Below, in pieces: positions 19,939 to 30,125 of a DNA stretch of 64,000 nucleotides. The notes under the pieces were generated by a model, which searched no databases, was not told the DNA's origin, and saw nothing but the letters and a program-made list of their open reading frames with translations. The stretch's first letter is position 1; each line of letters begins with the position of its first letter. The position numbers and the translations under genes were made by a program. The stretch comes from Candidatus Omnitrophota bacterium (GTDB lineage: Bacteria; Omnitrophota; Gorgyraeia; Zapsychrales; Fredricksoniimonadaceae). The stretch spans positions 4,479 through 68,478 of the forward strand of contig JAKFXC010000062.1 in assembly GCA_021731625.1 (NCBI GenBank), in the 5' to 3' direction.

Positions 19939-22713
19939 ATGAAAGTCCCAGTGGCAACCTACCGCCTGCAGCTCCATCACCAATTCAACTTTGCGGACGC
20001 CCAAAACATTGTCGACTATATTTCCGTTCTGGGGATTTCCGACATTTATGCCTCGCCCATTTTTAAGGCGGTGGGCGACAGCATCCACGGGTATGACATT
20101 GTGGACCCCACGCAAATTAATCCGCAGCTGGGAGGCAAGGACGGCTTCGCGTCGCTCATGAGCAAAGTCAAAGACAAGGGCCTGGGATGGGTGCAAGACA
20201 TTGTGCCTAATCATATGGCCTTTGACAGCAGCAACCGGCTGCTCATGGACATTTTTGAAAGCGGGCCGCGCTCTAAGTTTTACCAATTTTTTGATGTCCA
20301 ATGGGACCATCCCTATGAACATTTGCGCGGCAAAATGCTGACCCCCATTTTAGGGGACATGTACGGCCTTTGCCTGGATAAAAATGAAATCAAAATCTTT
20401 TTTGATGAGAATGGATTTAGTGTGCGGGTGTCGGCCCAAGTGTTGCCGCTCAAAATTGATGGGTATGCGAAAATTTTGACTGCCAATCTGCCGTTGCTGG
20501 AGCAAAACATCCAGCGCCAGGATGAACACTTTATACAGTTCTTGGAAGTGATCGAAAGCCTGAAGAATATTTCCGAACTCATCCCTTACGATGAACGGTA
20601 TCATCGCATTTCTCTGGCCAAGACCCGGCTGTGGAAACTGTATATGGGTAATGCGACCATTAAGAATTATATCGATGGGATCATCACCTCTCTAAACGGC
20701 ACCCCCGGCGACCCGGCGTCGCTGAACCGTTTGGATGAATTGCTCTCCGAGCAAGTTTTTCGCTTGTCGTTCTGGAAGGTGGGCAATGAGGAATTGAATT
20801 ATCGGCGGTTTTTTACCATCAACAGTCTGCTCAGTTTGAAGATGGAACGCAAAGAAGTCTTTGATCTGACCCATGAGCTCATCATGCAGCTGGTCAAGGC
20901 CGGAGACTTTACCGGACTCCGGGTGGACCATGTGGATGGTTTGTATGATCCTCCAGCCTATTTAACCCGCATCCGGCAGCGGGAAGAGGACATTTACATT
21001 GTGATTGAAAAAATCTTGGATATCCACGAACATTTGCCCGCTTGCATGCCGGTGCAGGGGACCACGGGTTATGATTTTTTAAACGTGGTCAACGGGCTTT
21101 TTGTCGACACTCACACGGAAAAAATATTTGACCGCACGTATACGGCCTTCACCGGTCTGCGAACCCCTTACCGGGACTTAGTCAGCGAGAAGAAAAGATT
21201 TTTTATGGGCAAACACATGGCCGGAGACATCGACAACCTGGCCCATCTGCTCAAACACATTTTAAACCGCAATCGCTACGGCAAAGACATGACCATGTAT
21301 GCACTCCGTCGGGCAATTGTGGAAGTCATGGCCCAGTTTCCGGTGTACCGGGCCTATATGTGCGAAGGCCAAGGCATCGAGGAGGGCAGAGCCCACATCA
21401 AGGAAGCGGTGGCGCGGGCCCAAAATTTGAATCCCGGACTGTTGCACGAATTGGCTTACATGGGGAAGGTTTTGCTTTTGGATTTTCCCGCCGAGGTGGG
21501 GGTCGAGGAAAAGGAAGAATATTACCATTTTACTAAGAAGTTCCAGCAGTATTCCGGGCCCTTGATGGCCAAAGCCGCGGAGGACACCACATTTTACATT
21601 TACAACCGTTTTATTTCGCTGAATGAAGTTGGCGGAGATCCATCGGTGTTCGGGATTTCACCGGAGGATTTTCACGAGTTCATGCAGGAGCGCCAACGCC
21701 GCTGGCCCCTGGCGATCAATGCCACTTCCACCCACGACACCAAGCGCGGCGAAGACGCGCGGGCCCGTTTAAATGTGCTGACTGAAATGCCGGAGGCCTG
21801 GGAGCACATGGTCCGGATGTGGAGCAAAATCAACAAAAAAAAGAAGCGGTCCGTCGGCGCTCTAAAAGTGCCGGATAAAAATGAGGAGTATTTTATTTAC
21901 CAAGCTCTGGTCGGGGCCTATCCCTTCGACCAGCGGGAACATGCTGCATTTGCCGTGCGCCTGAAAGATTATATGATCAAGTCCCTGCGGGAAGCCAAGG
22001 TGCATACGGCGTGGATCAACCCCAACACTGCGTATGAGGAGGGCTGCCTGTATTTTATTGATGCCTTGCTTCGTCCAGGGGCGAACAATGCATTTTTAAA
22101 ATCATTTCTGGAGTTCCATCAAAAGGTGGCCTTACCGGGCGTGGGCAACTCCTTGGCCCAGGTGCTCCTTAAAATCACCTGTCCGGGCCTGCCGGATTTT
22201 TATCAAGGCAGCGAGCTATGGGATCTGTCCTTTGTGGATCCGGACAACCGCCGGCCGGTCGACTATGAGCGCCGGATGGAATTGCTGGACAAGATTAAGG
22301 GTCAGACCGGCAATGCCGATTTTCTAAGCGACCTTATAAAGAATAAGGAAGACGGCCGCCTGAAATTTTGGTTTACCTATAAAATGTTGCAGTTTCGGCA
22401 GGTGCACAAAGAGCTGTTCCTCAAAGGGGACTACATGCCGTTGGCTGCCAAGGGCACCGGCCAGAAACACATATTGGGCTTTGCCCGCAAATTGGGGCAA
22501 ACCTGGGTCGTGATCGCTGTTCCACGATTTAGCACCCAAATGACAGACGGCTGGCAGGACACTGCCTTGGTTTTGCCCGAGGGCGCGCCCTCGCAATGGG
22601 AACATGCCTTAACCGGGGCATGCAGTCATGCCGCGGGAGAAATTCAATTGGTACAACTTCTTCAGGAATTCCCGGTGGTGGTGTTGTCAGCTAAGGAGGC
22701 GCCAAAGATGTAA
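19939..22713 (+). CDS. treY: Malto-oligosyltrehalose synthase
   Basis: PVATYRLQ, DIVPNHM, NYRRFF, GLRVDHVDGL, STHDTKRGED, LSFVDPDNRRPVDY. Confidence 0.95.
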   Translation: MKVPVATYRLQLHHQFNFADAQNIVDYISVLGISDIYASPIFKAVGDSIHGYDIVDPTQINPQLGGKDGFASLMSKVKDKGLGWVQDIVPNHMAFDSSNRLLMDIFESGPRSKFYQFFDVQWDHPYEHLRGKMLTPILGDMYGLCLDKNEIKIFFDENGFSVRVSAQVLPLKIDGYAKILTANLPLLEQNIQRQDEHFIQFLEVIESLKNISELIPYDERYHRISLAKTRLWKLYMGNATIKNYIDGIITSLNGTPGDPASLNRLDELLSEQVFRLSFWKVGNEELNYRRFFTINSLLSLKMERKEVFDLTHELIMQLVKAGDFTGLRVDHVDGLYDPPAYLTRIRQREEDIYIVIEKILDIHEHLPACMPVQGTTGYDFLNVVNGLFVDTHTEKIFDRTYTAFTGLRTPYRDLVSEKKRFFMGKHMAGDIDNLAHLLKHILNRNRYGKDMTMYALRRAIVEVMAQFPVYRAYMCEGQGIEEGRAHIKEAVARAQNLNPGLLHELAYMGKVLLLDFPAEVGVEEKEEYYHFTKKFQQYSGPLMAKAAEDTTFYIYNRFISLNEVGGDPSVFGISPEDFHEFMQERQRRWPLAINATSTHDTKRGEDARARLNVLTEMPEAWEHMVRMWSKINKKKKRSVGALKVPDKNEEYFIYQALVGAYPFDQREHAAFAVRLKDYMIKSLREAKVHTAWINPNTAYEEGCLYFIDALLRPGANNAFLKSFLEFHQKVALPGVGNSLAQVLLKITCPGLPDFYQGSELWDLSFVDPDNRRPVDYERRMELLDKIKGQTGNADFLSDLIKNKEDGRLKFWFTYKMLQFRQVHKELFLKGDYMPLAAKGTGQKHILGFARKLGQTWVVIAVPRFSTQMTDGWQDTALVLPEGAPSQWEHALTGACSHAAGEIQLVQLLQEFPVVVLSAKEAPKM

Positions 22714-22718
22714 GCAGT

Positions 22719-22762
22719 TTAATTTTAACTTCATCTTGTTTTAATTTTCATTTTGGTACAGT
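22719..22762 (+). promoter_or_regulatory. Triple 11-bp-period repeat promoter (copy 6)
   Basis: TTAAT(22719)-TTCAT(22730)-TTAAT(22741), TACAGT at 22757. Confidence 0.8.
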
Positions 22763-22796
22763 AGGTCAGCATTTTCATCCCTAAAGGAGAAACGCC

Positions 22797-22963
22797 ATGG
22801 GTAGACATAAGAATCGTTTTAATAACAACCAACCCAATTCGATTCAGCCGCTTGATCATATAGGCCGTGAACCTTCTTATTTTGACATTCAACCCCGCGC
22901 GTATGCACTCCATGAGCAAAAAGGCGGCACTGAGCTGGAGAACTGCTGGAAGCGGAAAGGTAG
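22797..22963 (+). pseudogene. DUF2934-like small protein with probable 1-nt deletion near 22945
   Basis: IQPRAYALHEQKGGTELEN; adding one G gives NWLEAER followed by TAG at 22961. Confidence 0.55.
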
Positions 22964-22979
22964 CGTAAGGAGGCAAGGC

Positions 22980-23168
22980 ATGCTGCTCGTTGAGCGCAAC
23001 CTTCTCAATACATGTGTCATCCTCGTGGCTGGATTTTGCCTCCTGCAGGGGTGCCGGGAGCAGAAGGCAACGTCGGACCCCAAGACCCAGTTTTCTAATT
23101 TTGTGAATGAAGGCAGTTCACATCAGGAAGAAGCGCCGGTGAATACTTGGGTGAACGTGGCATTTTAA
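22980..23168 (+). CDS. Small putative lipoprotein
   Basis: RBS AAGGAGG before ATG 22980; hydrophobic stretch ending LQG-C. Confidence 0.55.
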   Translation: MLLVERNLLNTCVILVAGFCLLQGCREQKATSDPKTQFSNFVNEGSSHQEEAPVNTWVNVAF

Positions 23169-23215
23169 TATTTAAGGTCATCTAAACGACAATAACACCA
23201 ATGAAAGGAGCACGT

Positions 23216-23449
23216 ATGATTAACCGAGAAGGCATCAACGATTATACCCAAGCCATTGATCAGGGTGAGAAAAAAGTCAAACAAGCGGTTCAAGAGGCCG
23301 AGAAAAAATTCCGCCAGACCCAGGAGCAATTGTCCCAGTGGGCTTCTAAAGTCGACCATCAAGTGCATGAAAATCCATGGCCGGCGCTGGCCGGGGTTGC
23401 GGTGGGATTTCTCATGTTGGGTTTGATCATGGGCAGATCACGCGAATGA
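23216..23449 (+). CDS. ElaB/YqjD/DUF883 family protein
   Basis: VHENPWPALAGVAVGFLMLGL C-terminal anchor; RBS AAGGAG. Confidence 0.85.
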   Translation: MINREGINDYTQAIDQGEKKVKQAVQEAEKKFRQTQEQLSQWASKVDHQVHENPWPALAGVAVGFLMLGLIMGRSRE

Positions 23450-23889
23450 AAAAACAACTCCTGACCACGGCGTTTTTTTTGCTGAGCGCGTTCTCCAAAA
23501 TGCGGGCGCGCACCTCACTCAAGGACATCGCTGGTCTTCGAATGAAACTGTTGTACCTCAAACTGATCAAGACCAGCCGCATGCTCTTTATCAGTTTTTT
23601 AGGGGTGGGGCTATGCCTGCTTTTTTTGTGTGCCGGTTTGGTCCTGGCGCATGTGGTCTTCTTTGCTTATATGCCCTGGAGCAATGAGGCCAAAATATGG
23701 GTAGGGTTTGCCATGTCCGCCATCTACGTCGGTGCGGCCGCATGGATCTTTAGCTATGTCTTTGATCAACACAAGTGGATAGCCATGTTTCAGGCTAATG
23801 GGCTGTTGGATAATATCGCCGGAGACATGCCCTATCCGCAGAACCATAAGAATCATAAAAGAGAACCGGTAGATAGTTCTGCCCTATGA
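23446..23889 (+). CDS. Two-TM membrane protein (YqjE-like position)
   Basis: ATGA overlap with the DUF883 gene; two hydrophobic helices. Confidence 0.6.
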   Translation: MKKQLLTTAFFLLSAFSKMRARTSLKDIAGLRMKLLYLKLIKTSRMLFISFLGVGLCLLFLCAGLVLAHVVFFAYMPWSNEAKIWVGFAMSAIYVGAAAWIFSYVFDQHKWIAMFQANGLLDNIAGDMPYPQNHKNHKREPVDSSAL

Positions 23890-26237
23890 TCGGCAGCATA
23901 GAGGGCCTTATTCGATCAACCCGGCGGAGGCTCAATCGCAGCTATTGGGCCATTCGGCTGTTGGGGCTTTCTAAACTCGACCAGCCGATTCAGGCCCCCG
24001 GCCTGATCATGGTGCAGATTGACGGACTTTCCTTGACGCAGGTGCAAAACGCCATGCGTCAAGGAAATGTCCCTTTCTTAAGCCGCTTGCTTTCCCGCGA
24101 ATCCTACGTTCTGCACACTTTTTTTTCCGGCATTCCTTCCAATACCCCTGCGGTGCAAGCGGAAATTTTTTACGGCGTTAAGACCTGCGTGCCGTCATTT
24201 TATTTTATGGACCGGAGGTTGTGTCGTCCGGTGAAAATGCAGGATGCCGCTTATGTTGAACAATTTGAACAGAAGCTAAAGGAAAAGAATGCCGGGCTGC
24301 TCTCCGGCGGGAGTTCCTATAGCAATATTTTCACCGGTGGGGCTTCCGAAGCCCATTTTTGCTGGGCCCAATTAGGGTTCGGCGGTGTGTTGCACGCGGC
24401 CAACCCTTTGGTATTTCCCTTTTTATTTCTTTTATATATTGATATTTTTGTCCGCACGTTTGTTTTGCTCATCGTGGAATTCTTGATCGCTTTTTATGAA
24501 TGCATCCGGGGCACCCTGAAGGGCCGCTTGTTTTTTGAAGAGCTGCGCTTTGTCATGCTGCGGGTTTTGGTATGCATATTTCTGAGGGAACTGATCGTGG
24601 CCGGGGTCTGCATTGACATCATGCGGGGTTTACCGGTCATTCATTGTAATTTTCTGGGCTACGATGAGCAGGCCCATTGCCGGGGCCCATCGTCGCGTTT
24701 TGCCCACTGGGCTTTGCAAGGCATTGATGCTGCCATCAAACGCATTGACCACACCATGAAACAATCGCCTTACCGTGAATATGACCTCTGGGTGTACGGG
24801 GACCATGGCCAGGAAACCACCACCCCGTATTTTATCCGCTACGGCCGCACCATCGAAGAGGCGGTGCAGGAACTCTTTGGCAAGAATCTGGATCCGGTGG
24901 TGCGTCGCCGCAATTTGCGGCAGCACAATGCCGACGGACGGGCCGATTTATTGGTCAGTCGAAAAGACAAACCATTGCCCCGGGGGGAGCAGCCAGAGAT
25001 TTTAGTCACCGCCATGGGGCCTTTGGGGCAAATTTACGTGAAGAAAAAACTCAGTCAGGCAGAATTGGAATTTTTTGGCAATGAATTGGCGACTAAGCTG
25101 CATATCCCGCTGGTGGTGATCCGCCAAGGCCAAAAGCTCTTGGCGTACACCCCGCACGGGTCTTATACCTTGCCGGACCAAACCGCCTTAGTGTTTGGCG
25201 AGGATCATCCTTTTCTTGAGGACATTCAGGTCGATTTTATGACTGCATGTTTCCATCCGGATGCCGGCGAGTTCATTATTGCGGGGTGGAGCAAAGGCGA
25301 GTCGCCGATCAGCTTTCCTTTAGAGTATGGGGCCCATGCCGCCATGAGTGTTGAGGAAACCCGGGCTTTTGCCCTCATGCCGGTTGATGCCCCTTTAAAA
25401 TCCCGGTCTAAAAAATATCTCCGACCCCTGGATTTGCGGGACACCGCCCTGCGGTACCTTAATAAGGAAGTGATCGGGCCGGCAGCGGCGCCGGAGGAAG
25501 TGCCTGGGGTGCTGCGCCTCATGAGCTACAATGTGCACGGGTGCAAGGGCATGGATGGTTATCTGTCCACGGAACGCATCGCGCGGGTCATTGCCCGGCA
25601 CCGTCCTGATGTCATTGCCCTGCAGGAACTCGACGTCGGACGGGCCCGGTCCCAAGGCATGGACCAGGTCCAAAAGGTGGCCAAGTATCTCGAGATGAAG
25701 TATCATTTTCATCCTGTTCTCTGCCAGGAAGCCGAGCAATACGGCAATGCCATTTTAAGCCGGTACCCTGTGACCTTGATCAAAGTCGCGACCCTGCCCG
25801 GGCTTCATGATCAAGAACCTCGAGGGGCCATGTGGGTCCAAATAGAGTTTCAAAACATTGGTGTTCATGTGATTAACACCCATTTGAGTATTTGGCCGAG
25901 GGAACGGATGCTGCAGGTGAAAGCCCTTTTAAGCGAACAGTGGATAGGTCAGCACGACCATCGCACTCCTTTGGTTTTATGCGGAGATTTTAATGCCATG
26001 CCCGGATCATCTTCCTATAAACGGATTTGCCAAAAATTAAAGGATAGCCAGACCCTGCTGAACGGACATCAACCCTTCCGCACTTGGTTTGGTCGATACC
26101 CGGTGTCCCAGATCGACCACGTCTTTGTGAACCCTCAATTGAAGGTCCACGCCGCGTCTGTTCCCCACACCAGCCTCGATAAGGTGGCCTCGGACCACCT
26201 ACCGCTCATCGTCGACCTTAAGATGTATGTAAATTAA
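23886..26237 (+). CDS. Alkaline-phosphatase-superfamily domain fused to an endonuclease/exonuclease/phosphatase domain
   Basis: VQIDGL, SNTPAVQ, YDEQAH, GDHGQ; then MSYNVHG, ALQE, NTHL, GDFN, IDHVF, SDHLP. Confidence 0.85.
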   Translation: MIGSIEGLIRSTRRRLNRSYWAIRLLGLSKLDQPIQAPGLIMVQIDGLSLTQVQNAMRQGNVPFLSRLLSRESYVLHTFFSGIPSNTPAVQAEIFYGVKTCVPSFYFMDRRLCRPVKMQDAAYVEQFEQKLKEKNAGLLSGGSSYSNIFTGGASEAHFCWAQLGFGGVLHAANPLVFPFLFLLYIDIFVRTFVLLIVEFLIAFYECIRGTLKGRLFFEELRFVMLRVLVCIFLRELIVAGVCIDIMRGLPVIHCNFLGYDEQAHCRGPSSRFAHWALQGIDAAIKRIDHTMKQSPYREYDLWVYGDHGQETTTPYFIRYGRTIEEAVQELFGKNLDPVVRRRNLRQHNADGRADLLVSRKDKPLPRGEQPEILVTAMGPLGQIYVKKKLSQAELEFFGNELATKLHIPLVVIRQGQKLLAYTPHGSYTLPDQTALVFGEDHPFLEDIQVDFMTACFHPDAGEFIIAGWSKGESPISFPLEYGAHAAMSVEETRAFALMPVDAPLKSRSKKYLRPLDLRDTALRYLNKEVIGPAAAPEEVPGVLRLMSYNVHGCKGMDGYLSTERIARVIARHRPDVIALQELDVGRARSQGMDQVQKVAKYLEMKYHFHPVLCQEAEQYGNAILSRYPVTLIKVATLPGLHDQEPRGAMWVQIEFQNIGVHVINTHLSIWPRERMLQVKALLSEQWIGQHDHRTPLVLCGDFNAMPGSSSYKRICQKLKDSQTLLNGHQPFRTWFGRYPVSQIDHVFVNPQLKVHAASVPHTSLDKVASDHLPLIVDLKMYVN

Positions 26238-26277
26238 TCTTGTTTTCATGTTCTCTTAATGGTGGGATTGGTAAATT
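26234..26277 (+). promoter_or_regulatory. Triple 11-bp-period repeat promoter (copy 7)
   Basis: TTAAT(26234)-TTCAT(26245)-TTAAT(26256), TAAATT at 26272. Confidence 0.8.
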
Positions 26278-26331
26278 AATCCGCGTTTAGGAACGCAATC
26301 ACAGAGAAAACCAGCTAAAAAGGAGACTCAC

Positions 26332-27096
26332 ATGTTTAAAGACTTTCGCTTACTGTTTGCGGTAGGAGTCATGGCTTTATCGTTTGCCGCGTCCGCACGG
26401 GCGGCAGATACGGATGGTCGTATTGAATCCTCGTTTAAGAATTCATACGTCTATAAAACTTATTTGAGAGACGATCAGATTGATATCCATGTCAAACACG
26501 GCGTGGTGACATTGACTGGCACGGTGGATCAAGAAAATCATCGGGGCTTGGCCCAAGAAACGGCGGCGGGTTTACCGGGAGTACAACGGGTGGAAAATAC
26601 CCTGGAAGTTCGTGGGGGGAAAGTACCGGAGCAATCGGACGCTTGGTTGGCTATGAAGGTCAAAGCCGCATTGGTGTTTCACCGCAGTGTTAGCGGTTTA
26701 AGGACCCAGGTGGAAACCAAAGACGGTATAGTAACTTTGAGAGGCGAAGCGGAAAGTCAAGCTGAAAAAGACCTGGCCGCCGAATATGCCAAGGATGTCG
26801 AGGGAGTGAAATCCGTCCGAAACGACATGGTCATCGCCAAGAACGACAATCCTGACCAGATAGACAAACAAACATTTAAGGAAAAAATTGATGATGCATC
26901 CATCACCGCGCAAGTCAAGACAGCCTTGTTGTCGCATCGCTCAACCAGCGCCATCGGGACTAAAGTCGAGACCCGTGACGGGGTTGTGACGGTCAGCGGC
27001 AATGCCAAAAACCAGGCTGAGAAAGACCTAGTGACCAAACTGGTGACCGACATCAAAGGTGTGGATAGAGTCGTTAATAATATGAACGTAAGCTAA
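26332..27096 (+). CDS. OsmY-like periplasmic protein with three BON domains
   Basis: Signal peptide; three GVVTL(T/R/S)G...GV..V.N repeats; DDASITAQVKTAL. Confidence 0.9.
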   Translation: MFKDFRLLFAVGVMALSFAASARAADTDGRIESSFKNSYVYKTYLRDDQIDIHVKHGVVTLTGTVDQENHRGLAQETAAGLPGVQRVENTLEVRGGKVPEQSDAWLAMKVKAALVFHRSVSGLRTQVETKDGIVTLRGEAESQAEKDLAAEYAKDVEGVKSVRNDMVIAKNDNPDQIDKQTFKEKIDDASITAQVKTALLSHRSTSAIGTKVETRDGVVTVSGNAKNQAEKDLVTKLVTDIKGVDRVVNNMNVS

Positions 27097-27113
27097 TCAA
27101 ACGGAGAACATCA

Positions 27114-27251
27114 ATGCGGAACTTATTTGTTAAGTTAGTCGCCGTGGCCTTCATTGCCTCGATCGTTGGGTGCAATACGATGAAGGGGGCTGGCCAAGAT
27201 ATGGAACAAACCGGGAAAAACATCAAGGAAACCGTGGAGCATAACGATTAA
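27114..27251 (+). CDS. Entericidin A/B family lipoprotein (absent from the ORF track)
   Basis: MRNLFVKLVAVAFIASIVGCNTMKGAGQDMEQTGKNI; lipobox plus CNT..G.G.D. Confidence 0.9.
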   Translation: MRNLFVKLVAVAFIASIVGCNTMKGAGQDMEQTGKNIKETVEHND

Positions 27252-27269
27252 CCAATCAAGGAGGTACTT

Positions 27270-27437
27270 ATGTTAAGTTGGTCCATTAGCTTTTTATTGA
27301 TTGCCATCGTGGCAGCGTTTTTTGGGTTCGGCGGAATTGCGGGTACGGCCACCGAAATCGCCAAAGCATTGTTTGTAGTCTTTTTGGTCCTTTTCTTTAT
27401 TTCTTTGCTTTTAGGTCGACGCGTCCCATCGGTGTAA
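27270..27437 (+). CDS. DUF1328/UPF0391 small membrane protein (absent from the ORF track)
   Basis: [35 protein letters not shown]; RBS AAGGAGG. Confidence 0.92.
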   Translation: MLSWSISFLLIAIVAAFFGFGGIAGTATEIAKALFVVFLVLFFISLLLGRRVPSV

Positions 27438-27522
27438 CGTCGCTCTCAAGATAACCGCCCGGATAGGTGAGGACATTCGCCGCGTTTAGCGGCGGTGCCT
27501 TGCCAAGGCGGAAGGGGGAACT

Positions 27523-27879
27523 ATGAAGAAACTTAAGACGCAGAAAAGGTTTGACATCGAGCAACACGTGCAGAGTTTTGAGTCGGTGTCCCGGTTCGTC
27601 AGTGAAGGGAATCCTCTCACGGGCGAGGCCATTGAAAAGGCCCGGCAGGACGTTTATCAGGACTTGAAATTGATCGAAGACACCAAAGAAGCCATAAAGA
27701 AAGAGCCAGCTCTGGCCGAGGCCCTCCCGTATGTGGCAGTGACCGCGTCTGAAGGAGTGATCGTCCTGAAAGGCACCGTGGAATCCGAAGTCGAGAAAAA
27801 GTCGGTGGGCGAACAAGCCACCGGAGTGGCTGGTTACGGAAAAGTCCATAACGATCTCCAGGTGTCCGAAGAAAAATGA
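27523..27879 (+). CDS. Single BON-domain protein
   Basis: EGVIVLKGTVES..EK....A.GVAG..KVHNDLQV. Confidence 0.75.
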   Translation: MKKLKTQKRFDIEQHVQSFESVSRFVSEGNPLTGEAIEKARQDVYQDLKLIEDTKEAIKKEPALAEALPYVAVTASEGVIVLKGTVESEVEKKSVGEQATGVAGYGKVHNDLQVSEEK

Positions 27880-30125
27880 TATGGAACCGGTGGTCTCTCA
27901 TGGGGTTTTTCTTGACCCGCATGGCAAAGGCCCAAGGATTTTTGGATCCCCGGGTGCTTTTTGGTCAGTTGCAACGTTTTGCCCGCCCCTCGGAGGTTTG
28001 GGTGCCGTCGGAACTCTTACGTTCCGGCATGACACTGCAAGCCCGGGGGGTGTTAAACAGCCAGGCCATCCAGCACAACCTCGATTGGATATGGCCGTTC
28101 TGGGTCTATCATCAGTTCAATCCCCACGATCCGGCATTTCTGCCGCGGGCTTTTAATCTTTCCCACATCAATTTGACGCATCGCAATTGGACGGCGCTGG
28201 GTGTTCCGGATTATGCGGATTATCCTTTAGTAGACCCGCGTGGATTAGTGACTCCTTTTTTTGACGGATGGTCTCTAGATGCCTGGATCATTGCGGAGAA
28301 CGGAGCATCGCTCATCCCAGCCCAAATGCCTTATGTCCATCAGCAATTGAATTTGGACGGGTTAAGGGTGCTCACCTCATCAACGTCTGAAGGCATGTAC
28401 TTGCGCTCCCAGGCGGAAGTCATTGTGGACCAATCCATTCCCAAATGCGTGGTGTGCTATCAAGCCCTCACGTCGAGCCAGGCCTGGCTGTTGGTGTGCG
28501 TGCGGCCGTTTAATACCGAGGGGGTGAGTTTTGTCCACGACCTGGACCGTTTAAGCGACGAGGAAGGATGGCTGGTCAATGGCGAACATAATGTCCGCCT
28601 GCGCCTGCCCCCGCAAAGTTACGCGTTTTCCAACTATCATGATGGAGACATTGCCCGGCCCGGCCCTTCGCCTCGGGAGCAGGTGGCCATTGCCACAGAC
28701 AAAATCCATTGCCCGGTGGGCATGGCCACGGCTGCCGCGCTTTATGCTTTGTCCCCGCATCAAAATTTTGAAGTGACGGTGGAAGTGCCATTGTCCAAGG
28801 CGCCGGTCAGGACCACCCTGTGGAAAGAGCATTTGCATAATTATTGCCGTATAGAAGTCCCTGATCAATCTTTTCAGTGTTTGTACGAAACAGCCTTGCG
28901 CACCTTGATTTTGCATTCGCCCGGCGATGTTTATCCAGGGCCATTCACCTATAAGCGTTTTTGGTTTCGCGACGCGGCTTTTATCCTGGATGCCATGCTG
29001 GCCACAGGACTCATGAAGAACATGGAAGCCATTGTGCATGCGTTTCCCAAACGGCAAACCCCTTTAGGGTATTTTAAATCGCAGGACGGCGAATGGGATT
29101 CGAATGGCCAGGCCTTGTGGATCATCCACCGCTACAGCACCATGGCCCCGGCGGTCATTGGTCCGGATTTGTTAAAAAGTGTCGCCGCCGGTGCCGCCTG
29201 GATCAGACGCAAGCGCTTGAGCGGTACTACCACCGGCGCGCATGCCGGCCTCATGCCGGCGGGTTTCAGTGCCGAACATTTGGGTCCAAGTGATTTTTAC
29301 TATTGGGATGATTTTTGGTCGGTGGCGGGTTTGCGTGCGGCAGCGGCCTTGATGGTTTCTCATCGAGAAGTTGCCGAGGGATTTGCCGCCGAGGCGACCG
29401 AACTCACCCGGGCCATTGAGCAAAGCCTGGAACATGTCCGTCAACGGCAGTGCCGAGGCATCCCGGCGTCCCCTTACCGGCGGATGGACGGTGGTGCGGT
29501 GGGGTCCTTGGCAGCCAGCTATCCGTTGCGGCTGCTGCCTCCCGATGATGAGCGGATGAAATGCACTGTGGACTTTCTGTTGGAAAAATATTTGTTCGAC
29601 GGCGTTTATTACCATGAAGTCAGCCATTCCGGTATTAACGCGTATTTGAGTTTGCACTTAGCCCAGGTGTTGTTGCGGGCCGGTGATCCGAGGTTTTTTG
29701 AGATTGTCCGCAAAGTCGCGGAATGGGCCAGCCCCACAGGGCAATGGCCCGAGGCGATCCACCCGCAAACCAAGGGTGGATGTATGGGCGACGGACAGCA
29801 TGTGTGGGCGGCCGCCGAATGGGTTTTGATGCTGCGCAATATGTTTGTGCGTGAGGAAAAAGACACTTTGATTTTATGTTCCGGCCTGCCAGCGGAATGG
29901 CTGGAGAAAGGACAGATCTTGTTTTTGGGACCCACCCGGACCTCATTCGGCAAAATATCTGTGACTGTGCATACTAAGGACCGGTTGCGGGTTGCATGGG
30001 CAGCCGAGTGGCACGCGGCCGCGCCGACCATTGAAGTGCATTTGCCGGGAGGACCCAAAGGCGTGGCTGAGCCGGGGATGTCGGCAATGGAATTCGGGAG
30101 TCGGACCGCAGGAGGAGTGCGATGA
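27876..30125 (+). CDS. Six-hairpin (alpha/alpha)6 glycosidase-like protein
   Basis: PGPFTYKRFWFRDAA, EWDSNGQ, YYWDDFW, GQWPEAIHP, MGDGQHVWAAA. Confidence 0.7.
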   Translation: MIWNRWSLMGFFLTRMAKAQGFLDPRVLFGQLQRFARPSEVWVPSELLRSGMTLQARGVLNSQAIQHNLDWIWPFWVYHQFNPHDPAFLPRAFNLSHINLTHRNWTALGVPDYADYPLVDPRGLVTPFFDGWSLDAWIIAENGASLIPAQMPYVHQQLNLDGLRVLTSSTSEGMYLRSQAEVIVDQSIPKCVVCYQALTSSQAWLLVCVRPFNTEGVSFVHDLDRLSDEEGWLVNGEHNVRLRLPPQSYAFSNYHDGDIARPGPSPREQVAIATDKIHCPVGMATAAALYALSPHQNFEVTVEVPLSKAPVRTTLWKEHLHNYCRIEVPDQSFQCLYETALRTLILHSPGDVYPGPFTYKRFWFRDAAFILDAMLATGLMKNMEAIVHAFPKRQTPLGYFKSQDGEWDSNGQALWIIHRYSTMAPAVIGPDLLKSVAAGAAWIRRKRLSGTTTGAHAGLMPAGFSAEHLGPSDFYYWDDFWSVAGLRAAAALMVSHREVAEGFAAEATELTRAIEQSLEHVRQRQCRGIPASPYRRMDGGAVGSLAASYPLRLLPPDDERMKCTVDFLLEKYLFDGVYYHEVSHSGINAYLSLHLAQVLLRAGDPRFFEIVRKVAEWASPTGQWPEAIHPQTKGGCMGDGQHVWAAAEWVLMLRNMFVREEKDTLILCSGLPAEWLEKGQILFLGPTRTSFGKISVTVHTKDRLRVAWAAEWHAAAPTIEVHLPGGPKGVAEPGMSAMEFGSRTAGGVR

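Noticed and set aside
22797-23168. Single 123-aa ORF
   Set aside because: Better explained as a frameshifted DUF2934-like gene plus a lipoprotein with its own RBS
23165-23200. Possible 13th copy of the triple-repeat promoter
   Set aside because: TTAAT at 23165 is not followed by matching units at +11 and +22
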